Shown here one piece after another: positions 9,470 to 20,700 of a stretch of 25,207 bases of DNA. A program made the position numbers and the translations under genes. The stretch is from Prasinococcaceae sp. CCMP 1430 (taxonomy: Eukaryota > Plantae > Prasinodermophyta): assembly GCA_013416795.1 (NCBI GenBank), contig RQSC01000663.1, forward strand, positions 24,714-49,920, in the 5' to 3' direction. The first letter of the stretch is position 1. Each line of letters opens with the position of its first letter. The notes below the pieces were generated by a model that saw nothing but the letters and a program-made list of their open reading frames with translations, was not told where the DNA came from and did no database searches.

Positions 9470-11404
9470 ATGCACTGCGAGGGTGCGAACGGCGGGGAGA
9501 GCGATGCCGGCGGCGGGGGCGATGGCACAACAACTGGGTACCACGTAGAGTCAGCGGCGCAGGCGCCGAACATAGCAGAGGCCGCAGCGCATGGCGCGAC
9601 TGGACACCAACACGCAGAGTCTGGGGCGCGGGCGCCGAACATAGGACAGGCCGTGACGCGAGAGCGAGGCGGTCGCGTTGCCGCGTCTCTAGTCGCGTCG
9701 GGAGCGTGGTTCCGTCGCTGGGCGCGCCTGCAACGGCGGCGCTGGGGCAGTGACGACGCGTGGCACCACGTCGCACACGCAGCGCTCGGTGGGGTGGGCG
9801 GGGCGCTCTCCGGTCTCATGGCTGCCGGATTCTTCGAGGCGGCCGACGCCCTCGAGGGTGTGCGACGCAGGTGGGTGCAGTCGGCCAGCTGGGCGTTTTG
9901 GATCGCCTTGCCACTAGGCGCCGTGGCGATACTCGCGGCGACCCGGTGCTGCTTTGACGGCGCTGCGGGCTCGGGCATACCGCTGTTGATGGCAGAGCTC
10001 CTAAGCGCTGCGCCGCGGGGCGAGAACGTCCGCAAACGCGCCTTGTCGCCTTGGGTGGCCGCCGGCAAGGTCGGCATGACTCTGCTCGGGCAGCTGGTAG
10101 GTCTTAGCATCGGCCGCGAGGGGCCAACCGTTCAAGCAGCTGCGACGATCTGCTTCAGCGTGCTGGAGGCCGTTTGGTGGCTGGCGGAAAAGGGCCCAAG
10201 GTGGACACAGACTCTGCTTGAGGGCTGGAGAGAGTGGATGCGGGATAAGGGCCGCGCAGACGAACACGCCCGGCTTGCCATGCTCGCGGGCGGCGCTGCT
10301 GGCATAGCAGGCGCCTTCAATACCCCCCTCGGAGGCGTGTTGTTCGCGATCGAGGAGATGGGCCCAGCGTTCTACGGGAGGGCTACGGGAAAAATGTACT
10401 TCATTATAGTAGCCGTCTCAACTGCGTGCGCGACGTGGGTGTCCGGGTCCTACAGCTGGTATACCGGCGCCGTCTTCTCCGGTACCGTCGCGTCGAATGG
10501 CCAATTCGCGGTGCGCCGCGTCGCGGCACGCGCTGCCGCTCGCGCCACGCCGTAGCTCGTGCGCTGACGCCACTGGCATTTGCTTGCGGCCTTCACGCAG
10601 TACATCACGATAATCGTCGGAGTCTTCTGTGGCCTCGCCGGTGGCCTTTGGAGTAGCGCTCTACTCCTCGGCATGGACGTGCGTGCTGCTCTTAGGTGCC
10701 CCTACCTCATTGCACTTGCCTGCGGTGCCGGTATTGTGCTCACCGGATTCTGGGGGCAAGGACAGACGTATGGCTCGGGTGAGGCGGAGTCGGCGGCCAT
10801 CATCGTGCCGCAGTCATTGGCGGGTACAGATGTGGTCAATCCATCGACGTCTTTCGGTCCCCTGAAAATGATCGCGACTGCTTTGTCTTACTGGGCCGGT
10901 GTTCCTGGTGGCCTCTTTGCGCCGACAATTTCTGCCGGGGCTGGGTGGGGACGTCTTCTATTCCGGTGGATCCTTGGCCCGCTGGGCGTCGCGCAGGACG
11001 CCGAACCAGTGGTGGCTCTATACGCCGCGGCGGCATTCTTTGCGGCAGTGACGCAGAGCCCTCTCACGTCCGTGGCCATCGTGCAAGGCCTTATCACAGA
11101 CCGGCGCGATATCATTCCTGGCCTCCTCATGGCAGTCCTGATTGCCTGGACGCTCAGCCGAGCCCTGTGCCCGGAACCCGTCTACGCTGCGCTCTCGCTC
11201 GCTGCGGGTTCGGCGTGCGTGCCACCAGAAAATTACCAGCGGTCGCTGCGTGCTCTTCGGCGGCGCCAGGCCGAGGCAGCCGATGGTGTAGCGAACAATA
11301 GTCACGATGCAGTGAGCTCCGCAGCCGGCGAATGCGAGCTGGACGAAGCTTCCCACTTACCTACGGACATTGCTCGCCGGCTGGGCTCTTTCGTTACGTC
11401 GTGA
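9470..11404 (+). CDS. CLC family Cl-/H+ antiporter, prokaryote-type without CBS domains; exons 9470..10510 and 10601..11404 (~614 aa)
   Basis: CLC signatures GSGIP, GKVG..IGREGPTVQ, GIAGAFNTPLGGVLFAIEE, GGLFAPTISAG, QSPLTSV and a terminal PEPVY. First in-frame ATG at 9470 (the track's 9458 start is GTG). Confidence 0.93.
10511..10600 (+). other. Spliceosomal intron in CLC gene (90 nt, phase 0)
   Basis: GTGCGC donor, GCTGAC at 10563-10568, and CACGCAG acceptor. It contains the in-frame stop of ORF 9458..10555; removal joins NGQFA to YITIIVGVFCGLAGG. Confidence 0.92.
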
Positions 11405-11716
11405 TGGCAGGCGGATGCAGCCGGCTAGGCCGACGCGAACTGCGACGCGGGCGGCGACCCATCGACGCGGACAGCGGAGGCGGAGCGCCAGGCTGGGCTC
11501 GTCGTCGTCGTAATTAAGTCATTATGCAGTGAGCTCAGCTCTAGTGGGCACCCTCGCGCGGCGCTCCTCAGGAAAGTCCCACGCAGTATTAGCCCGCCAC
11601 GCCCGCCCCCCCCCCAAATGAACAAGAGAACTCGCACACCAGCCGCCACCTCGCCCCCTGCCTCCAGCGCGCGTCCGGCGCGCGCGCACCCACATCCATT
11701 TGCGCTCACTCGCCCG

Positions 11717-14700
11717 TCACACGGCGAGAAGCTCTCGCTGCCACCGCGACGTCTTTGGTGCCACGGTGGCACGGGCGGCTGCAGAGGCTGCGAAGCCATC
11801 GCCTCTCAGAGCCGCCACATAGCTCGCAGAGCTCATGCCCACGGCCACGAGCCTCGCGCGATGCAGAACACCAGCCGCACCGGTGGCAGCGTTTGCGTCT
11901 GCAGCTGCATTCGCGTTTGGCACTCCGCCCCCGCCAGCACCAACCACCCCCGCCGCTCCAGCTCCACCCCCACCCCCGGCGGCAGCTTGGCCTGCCACAG
12001 GCGCACCCGCGGCGCCAAGCAAGCCCGCGTTGTTGAGCGCGTAACTCAAAGAGACCATGCCACGCACGCCCACAAAGACGCCCCCGAGCTGCTCGCCGAG
12101 CCACGTGCCGTCCACGCGCGTGGCGCACGCGCTCAGATATGCACCCACGGCGCGCACTTGGTCCTGGTACGCAACGCCAGCGTTTGCCGAGTCCGCAGCG
12201 GGCACTAGAGTGCCCCAATCTGACCCAGCGGCCATCTTGTTGGTCGCCACTGCCAGCCTCGACGCTTCATTGTACAGCGGAGGAGGCCTCATCGGCCGAA
12301 TCCCAATGTTCGGAAGGATCGACGCCGTGGCGGCGAGGACGGCGTTTGACATTGCCATAAGCTCATCGGCATCGCCCAAACCTTCAGCTCCAGCCTGCGC
12401 GTCGGGGACTGGCCCTTGCGCCAGCTGTGGGTGGTTTGCACAGGCGCGCGAGATCGCAGCAATGGACTTGGCGAACGTGCAGTTGTGAAACTTGAAGCGC
12501 ACGGGCTCCGGCATGCCGCCGAGAGTGCGCTGGACCTCGCCGCTCGCCATGAAATCGAAGGCAGCCGTGTCCAGAGCCAAGCTATGCGGGTGGGGGACGT
12601 GCACGCCCTCGACGGGGCAGCCTCGCAGCGCGTTGACGACAAACGGCAGCAACGGGGACAGCAGCGGCACGGAGCGGTCGAGCGCGGGTGATGCCTCCTG
12701 CGCCGCCGCGAGGCACACCCGCACGAACTGGAAGACCGCGCAAGCAGCCTGGGCCGCACACAGCTTGGCGTTCGCACCAACAACGGCGCGCTTGTACCAG
12801 GCCACCGTCGCACAGCCAGCAACGAACTGCAGCATATCAGGAGGAACTCCCGACGAGGCCAACGCCCGCGCCAGAGCGCCCGCTTCGGCGCGTGCGCGCC
12901 CTGCGGCCTCGGATCCCGCATCAGAGCTGGCCAACGCGACGAGGACGGCGTCGACCACGCCCACAACGAAGCGAAGGAGGCCTGCGCTTCCCTTCCATCC
13001 GTCGAGCCCCGCCACGGTGGTAAGGGCGCTTGAAACGTCAGCCTGCACCATGCAGGCGAGGTCGTTCGCAAGTGTTGATTGGATGAGCCGCACCAGTGCA
13101 GCGTGCAGCATGCCACGCATTGACAGCGCCTTGTCGAGCAGGGGCACCAGCACGCTCGCACCGCTCGCCGCGTCCCCATCACCAGAGTGCAGCGGCGCCC
13201 CGAGCTCAGCAGCCGCAGCCGCGATGACGCCGAGCGACACCGTCGCATACACGGCACCGTCCTGCAGTTGCAGCGAGGATTTCGCCAGCGCCTTGCCGCC
13301 CGCCATGACCGCCGCGGGGACGCCCTGGAGCGCCCGCCGAGCGGCCGAGCGGCCTTGGTTGCCCATGAGCCTCGAGCGCTCGGCAACGCGCTTCAACACG
13401 GCAGCCGCAGACTCGCGCCTCCACGAGACGTCAGGAACACGCAGCGCGCGTGGGGCGGCCTGCCACGAGCTGCCACCGCCCTCGGCACCAATGTCGGAGA
13501 TCCCAGCGAAGAGTGCGCTCGTTGGGGGCGTGCGGGAGAGGACCGCGGCTAGCTCGCGCTGGACGGTGACGAACGGATCCACGCATGCAGCGAGCCATGC
13601 CGCCGTGAGCTCCCAAGCAACGTCTGTGGGCACCGGCGGAGGCGCTGCCGTGCGCTCGACCGGCCCCACGTTGGCAGAGGCCTCCGCATCGTCAGCGCGG
13701 CGCCAGAGCACGGACAGCAACACCCGCATGGGCGCTTGCCGCGCTTCCCACAGACCCGGTTCTGCCCAGTGCGAGCGCGGCCCATACGCCGCGATGAAGT
13801 CCTTCCAATCGCGCAGGCCAGTGCGGATCATGAGCCACTCCAATGCCGCCACCGCTGCCGCCGTCGACTCCAGCCGATCGGCCGCTTGACGGCGCGCGGC
13901 AGGGGAGGCGCCAGGCCGAGCAGCCTGGGCGGACGCGCTCGCGGCCAACCTGAAAGCCCGGTCGAGCGGGCCCGAGCAGTGCTCCTTCGCTGCCTTGGCC
14001 AGCTCGCGGCATGCCTGCAAGAAAGGGTGCAGCGACTCCACCAGGCCGGCGTAATATTCCTCCTTCATTGCCTTGTCACGCTCAGCGCGCCTGCAGGCCT
14101 GCTCCATCATTGCGTCCATATCGTTGGGATCTGCATCGGGCGATTCACCCTCGTGGTCGTATCCGCCGCCGCCGAGCAGAGCACTCTGTTGAGGCTCGGG
14201 AGCCGCCGGGGGCTGCGGCAAGGTGAGCGCAGCAGCAAGGGCACGCGCCGCCGCGGCGGAAACTTCGGGAGGTCGCGACACGCCCTCGCCGACGTGTGCA
14301 GGCGGCGACAGGAGCGACCCGAGGGCCGACGTCACGAAGAGCGCGCGCAGAGAGGCGCCCGCCGCTGCCGAGGCGCATGCTGCGGCGTACGCAGCGGCGT
14401 CACGCGGCATCGACTCCGGAACGGGCGCCGTGCGCGGCAGAGCAGCCGCGATGGCGTTGAGCGCACCCTTGAGAGCACTAGCGGCCTCGGCAGCGTCGAG
14501 GGCAGCCTCACGCGCCTTGGTGCGGCGCCGAGATGCGATGACCCAAGCGGGTAGCTGGCCGTCGCCCGTGATCGTCTCGCCACCAGACGAAAGCGACCAT
14601 CGCGCAACGGCGCCGTGCGCCGCTGTTTGAAAAGGGGTCGCTGCGAGCCCTCCCCCGGGCATGTCTGTGTCGCCCTTTGCGAGTGCGGCGTGTGCATCGT

Positions 14701-17700
14701 GCTCGTGCGTCAGCTTGTCCAGGGCCTTGTTGATCTGACCGGACACAGCCTTCGCTGCTCCCATCGACGCGTTGACGTCCGTCTGCGTGCGCGAGAGAAC
14801 GGCAGAGGTGCCGACGATGCGAGCCAGTGCTAGCAGTCCACTAAGCAAGACCTCGCGCCCGCCGCGATCAGCGTGCTCGAATGGCACAAGGTTGATCATG
14901 CAGTGCATCACCGTGTTCCACTGCGCAGCGGGCAAGCTCGCGGCAAGGACCGCGCAGAGCTGCACGCTGTGGCGCAACTCTGCGAGCGATCCCACCCGCG
15001 CCCCGCGCCCGTGCCCGCCTGCTGACGGCGCACGGAGCATTTGCAAGAATCGAGACGACGCGCGAACCGACCTCTGCACGCCCGCACCAGGGGGCGCAAT
15101 CGCTGACGACACCAGCTGAAGCGCACAGGCGCATGGTCTGAGGTTCGCCAGTCCTGACGGACCAGAACTTTGAGGGCAGCAGCGCAATGCTGACATCACG
15201 AAGTCTGGAACCCCTTCACAGCAGCTGCTGACGTCCGCGTCTTGCCCTCCGGCAGCACTGGCAGCGCGCTGGAGCTGCGACCAGGCGGTCACTGCGACAT
15301 TGACGGATCCGTTGCCCTTCCATAGGCGTGCCAGTCCAGCCACGCGCTTGAGCACCGCCGACGCGTAGCGTTCCCGAGCATGACCGAGTCTCACGAACGC
15401 GCCCATGCGCCCACCAGCCGCGCGCATGCCCTCAAATGCAGGATTCTGAAACGCGGGCGATGTCTCGAGCAGGCGCTGCACCAGCGGCCAGCAGTGTCGC
15501 TGGACCGAGCCGTTTGTGCGTCCGTCGCTACATCTGACATCCGCGAGCGCGTGGTACAGGGGCGCGATGTACATGCACGAGGCCCACGCGCGCTCAGCAA
15601 CAAGAGCTTTGTCCTCGGGCGTCGTGACCACATCGAGCGACGCGAATGCAGCCGCCTGCACAGTTTGCCAGAAGCCAGCCCCTCCAGCGGCGTCCGAGAC
15701 AGCAATGGCGCTCGCAATTTTCGACACGAGCTCGCGCGACTTTTCGCTGTAGTCGTACGAGCGCCAGACGAGGTCGACCGACGTGTCGATGTCCGCGATG
15801 GCATGCTGCACGCACTCGGCAGCCTCCTCAGCGGACTGCCCACTGGGCTCCACGACTGGTATTCGGCCCGAAAACAGGTCTTTTGCAATCGCAAAGTACG
15901 ATTCCATGTCGGTCGGCAGGGGGCGTGGCAAGACCGCAACCCCCGCTTGGATGGAACGGGAACGATTGGAGGCGTCTGGATTTTGCGTCCGCGCTGCAAT
16001 CGCCTCAGTCGTGCTGCCAGGGATTACCGAGGGTTGCTGGCCGATGCCACGGCCAAAGTCGCCATGCCAGGCGCTGTTGTCACCGTCGCCCCCCAAATCG
16101 TCACCGAAGCCGCCGTCGTCCCAGTCGATATCCTCGATGGCGTCGCTCGCTGTCTGCGCACCGGTAACGAGGTCATCACTGTCGTCACTGGCATCGCTCT
16201 CCGTATCAGCCAGAGCATCATCGTGGGTACGTTTTGCTTTCTGCGCCCAAGGGCGCCTGCATTTGCACCGCGTGCACATGCACGTGTTTTTGTGCGGTCG
16301 GGGCGCCTTCCTGCGACTCCTGGAGGACGCAGGGGCCGCCGCCCACCCCCTGGCTGGCGTGAGCGGCGCAGAACCTTCTCCCAGTCGTCGAGTCCTGCCC
16401 AGAGCCAGTCGCCGCGATCGCGGTGCACCCCCCAGGCCAAAAGAGGCACTGCGAGTCGAGCCTTCGTCGCCCGAGTCGACACCCGCTCCCCTATCTGCGA
16501 GTCGCAACAGGATGCGGCCGAGACGGGCCGACTGCTGTTGGGGCGTGCGCACGACACGCGGCCGGCGCTGTAGTCGAGGTGCCGTGCCTGGTGTGCGCAG
16601 TCGAATTGCACCTTGGCGCGCGAGTCCGACAACTCTCTCACCCTGCGGCGTCGCCGAGGCGGACGGCGTGCCCGTATGCACTCTCATCTGCCCGTGCTCA
16701 CGCGAAGCACCAGCACCGATGTTTCCCGACATTTCGCCACTAGCCGCTACACGATGATTGATGCCTGCGCGCGTGGGTGGCCGAAGAATCCTCGCTGGGG
16801 ACTCGTCGTCGTCGTCGCTCGAGTCGATGAGCTGGACGCGCCGTGGGCCAGTCGAAGGCTGCCGCGCGGATGACCCGGCGCCTCCGTCCCGCACTTTCTC
16901 AGGGCCACCGATTGCTGGCGTGCGCATCGCTGGACTCGTCGCATGCCTGCGTCCCCGTACTTGCTGCCCAATCGGCTGCAAGACCGTCCGTGCGTGCGCA
17001 CGCGATGGGCCAGGTGTCTGCTGCGAGGAGTCGGACGCCACGTTGCGCGCCGGTGCCCGTTGTGACTTCGAAGCACTGCCACTGCCGCCATCTCCGATGC
17101 GCGGCGCGGCGCGCGCATTGTGCTCAGTGGGCTCGGCACGAGGTCGCACGATTGCGGCGCCTGCGCGCGGCGGCTGGGGGAGCTCAACCTCAACATTCTG
17201 CGCATTGGCTCGGCGGCGGATGTACTTCCAAACCTTGGCCGCGTTCCACGTCTGTCCGTTCGCGTCGCTCGCCTCCAGCTTGGTACGCAGCGCCACCAGC
17301 TGGGCTTGTAAATGGTCTGCAACGCTTCGGTAGCCGCGCTTTGTCGCATTGTAAATCTGCAGACCGAGTGGTTTCATGCCGCGACGGCGCATGCAGAACG
17401 AGCAGTTGCACAACCAGAAGTCGTCGGGGTGCTCCTCCTCGTAGCAGGTAGGGCAAACCCAGTCGGCCGCACGGGCCTCGCGCAGGCTCAAGCCGAAGCG
17501 CACAACCAAGCAGCGCGAGCAGAAAGTGCCAAGCGCGCTCGAGCACCTGGAGCAGTTGCTGTGGCCGACGCACTCAGCGTTGGCATTGCCGCCCTCACAG
17601 CGGGGGCACCCCGGCTCCCCGCACGTCATTTTCTGTCGACAGAAGTGGCACGTCGTCCCGAGGATGGGATCTAGCACACCTTGCCTCACGGTCGAGCGGT

Positions 17701-20700
17701 CAGCTTCTCCAGCCCGAGGCGCGATGTATCTGCCGCGGGCCACGTCCACCTCTGTATCAATGTCGAAGCCGAGAGCGCCAGCTCCAGACGACCCTCCAGC
17801 AGCAGCGTGCAGCAACTGCTGCTGCTGCTGCTGGCGTCGCTGTTGCCTCGTGTCCTCTCGCCCCTGTCGCTCTTGCTGACGCGCTTGGCGGCGCAAGTCA
17901 CGGCGGCGCTTCTGCTCTCGTTGCTGGCCCTCGGTGAGCAATGGGCCGTCCTCGAACTGCAGCACAGGCTTGGCAAAACGCCGCGCCGCCCCCTCATTGC
18001 CTCGAGCAGCTGCGTGTCTCATCGAGCGTCGAAAGACCGCGAGAAAGTCGGGGACTCGAGCACGGCCATTCGACCTGCGCGGCACGGCACGAGCGTAGGC
18101 GCGCATGCTCTGCCGGAGGATGGTGAGGGCCGCAGCCGGGCCATAGTCGATGTCCTCGACTTCGTACCAAGGCTCAGCATCGAGAGCCGTTCCTACCGGC
18201 AAGCGTGATGTCAATGCGAGTGCGGCCGCAGGTGACGCCATCGTCGCCGTAGGAGAGGGCGGCCGGGCGCGGGGTGCCGGCGGCCGTCGAGGCGGCGGGA
18301 TCGCTTGCTTGGTTCTCTGCTTTTTCTGCGGCGGGGCCAGTGATAGGCGCGCCTGTTCGGCCTGCGGCTGTGCTCGACCGGGATCCCGCTGCGCACCTGC
18401 ACGATTTTGCCTGACCAGCTGCGCGAGCGACATGCCTTCCTCGTCAGTGCTGCTTTCGTCGTTCTCCACGTCAGGCCTCCACGCTTCCTCTTCGTCCTGT
18501 GTCTCCGTTTCGATCCGCCGCTGCTTCTCTCTGTCTCGCACGAGCTGCGGCGCGTGTTCTTTGCATCGTGCGAGGTACTCATCGCGAAGGAGCACCCCGC
18601 CGCTCCTCTCGACGCACATGAGGTGAAACGACTTCGGGCATGCCTCGCACGAGCATCCCAAAGCGGCACCGCGCTTCTTGCAGTGCGCGCACTCAAGCTC
18701 CATAGCACGCTGTATTTCTGCTCGCAACCCGACCAGCCGCCCGTCCTTCCAGTACGCTTGGGGGCACCACTCGGCGCAGTCCTCGTGCACGTGCTTGCCT
18801 CCATGATTCAGCAGCGGGCGCTCGCGCGTGCCGTGGCCCATGCACAGCACGCACGTAGGTTCCACGCTGCGACCACCACTGGTCACTTTCTCCGACCCCA
18901 CCCCCGCGCGTTGGTGAGGCGACGCAGACACATCCTGCGTCGGCAGCGTGCGCTCTTGCGGGGCTGCAGGAGCTCGGCGCAGCGCAAAGAGCGGTGCGGC
19001 ATCGTCTTCACTGCTGCTATCGTCAAGGCCAGCACCGGTGGACGTCTCTCGTGCAGGTGATGTCGTTTTGGGCGGGAGGACCGGATGCGGCGGCACGTTC
19101 TGCTCCTCCCCGGCCGTGTTGGCAGCTTGTGGTTCGCGAGAGCGCTGCACATCCTGCTCATTGCCATTGCTGCCCTCGTCGCCAAGGCCCGCCTGCAAAG
19201 ACTGCTGCTGCGCAGCAGCGGCGGCGGCGACGAGCCGCCGCTGCTGCGGCGCGGCCGATGGCGTGCTCTTTGGCCCACGCGGCCTCTGAGCGAGCGGCAC
19301 GTCATCGTCCTCGCTCGAGTCCTCTTGCAGTCCGACCGCCGCACACCGCTTCTTGAAAGCGCGTCGGGGCGGCGTCCGTCGCGGCGGCTGCGAAGCCGGT
19401 AGAGGGGCCGGCGGCTGCAGAGGCCATGCCAAGAGCTCTTGGTCCACACCGCCGCTGCCGTCGTCCGGCTCAACAGACGCAGGGTCATCCGCACCACCGG
19501 CGTCCTCCGCCTCTCGGCGCTCTCGCATCTCTTGCTCCCTCACGCGCGGCAAAGCGTGCTGCTCGCACCGCGCCGTAAACCTTTGCTTCTGCAGCAGGCC
19601 ACCGCTCGCTTCGACGCACATGAGGTGGAAGGACGCCGGGCAGCCCTTGCGCGAGCAGCCCAGCGCCGCGCCAGGCTTCTGGCAGTACGCGCAGCCAAGC
19701 TTCTTCGCACGAGCGACCGACTTGGCCACGTTGACCAGCTGGTCGTCCTCGTTCAGGTACGCCTCGGGGCACCACTCCGCGCAGTCGGCATGGAGGCGCT
19801 TTCCCTCGAACTCCCCCAGGGGCCGCTCGCTCGTGCCCTTTTCCAGGCACAGCTCGCACGTCGGCGCCTCTTTGACCCGGTGGCGGGAGCAGCGCGCGGT
19901 GAAGGTGTCCTTGTCGAGCATGCCACCGCTCGGCTCCACGCACTTGAGATGGAACGTCCTGCCGCAGCCCTTCCGCAGGCACTTGAGCGGCGCGCCGGTC
20001 GTGTTGCAGTGCGCGCACCGGAGCTTTGAGGCGCGCTTGACAGCCCTGGCCACGTTGACGAGCTGGTCGTCCTCATTCAGGTACGCCTCAGGGCACCACT
20101 CGGCGCAGTCTTCGTGCACGCGTACGCCCTCGACCACGACGATCGGCCTCGCTTTGGTGGCTCGGGCGCCGCACAGCTCGCAGGTGTCCTCAGCAGGCAG
20201 CGGCGATGCCCTGCGCGCCGCCGCAGCCGAGCGCCGCTGCGCCGAAGCTGGCGCCGACGCGAGCGCTGGCACCGCCGCCGCCACGCCGGCCCTGGCCGCA
20301 GCCGTGCCTGCCGGCAATGCCGCCTCAGCCGACGGAGACCCCGGCGGGGAGGCGTCCGTTCCCTCCATGCTGGCCTCCGTCGTGGCCTCGCTCCCGGTGC
20401 ACGTCGGCGGCTGCTGTAGCTCCTCCTGCTGCTGCCGCTCCCGGGCCTCCCGTGGGTCCCGCGGTTGCTGCATGCTCTGCTGCTCGAGCTGCCCTGGACG
20501 CTCAAGCACATCCACAGCCTCGAGCGGGGGCTGTCGGTCTGTATCGCCATGCTGCTGCTCGTCGCGGCCGTCCTCGCTCGTGCGGGGTAGTCGCGGCCTT
20601 TTCCCCCCCGCCTCGACAGCTGCCTCGCCGCGGCGCGCAGCGCGGTGCGCGCCGCTGCCTCGCCGCCGCCGCCGCTTGCGTGTGCCGCCGCCACCCCCTT

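Noticed and set aside
9132-9776. 215-aa N-terminal extension of the glycosyltransferase ORF in the track
   Set aside because: It starts at a non-ATG codon, runs antisense through the CLC 5' coding region and the shared (GC)n promoter, and its internal repeat is just the antisense of the CLC repeat.
9133-10110. 325-aa minus-strand ORF over the CLC gene
   Set aside because: Antisense shadow with low-complexity composition.
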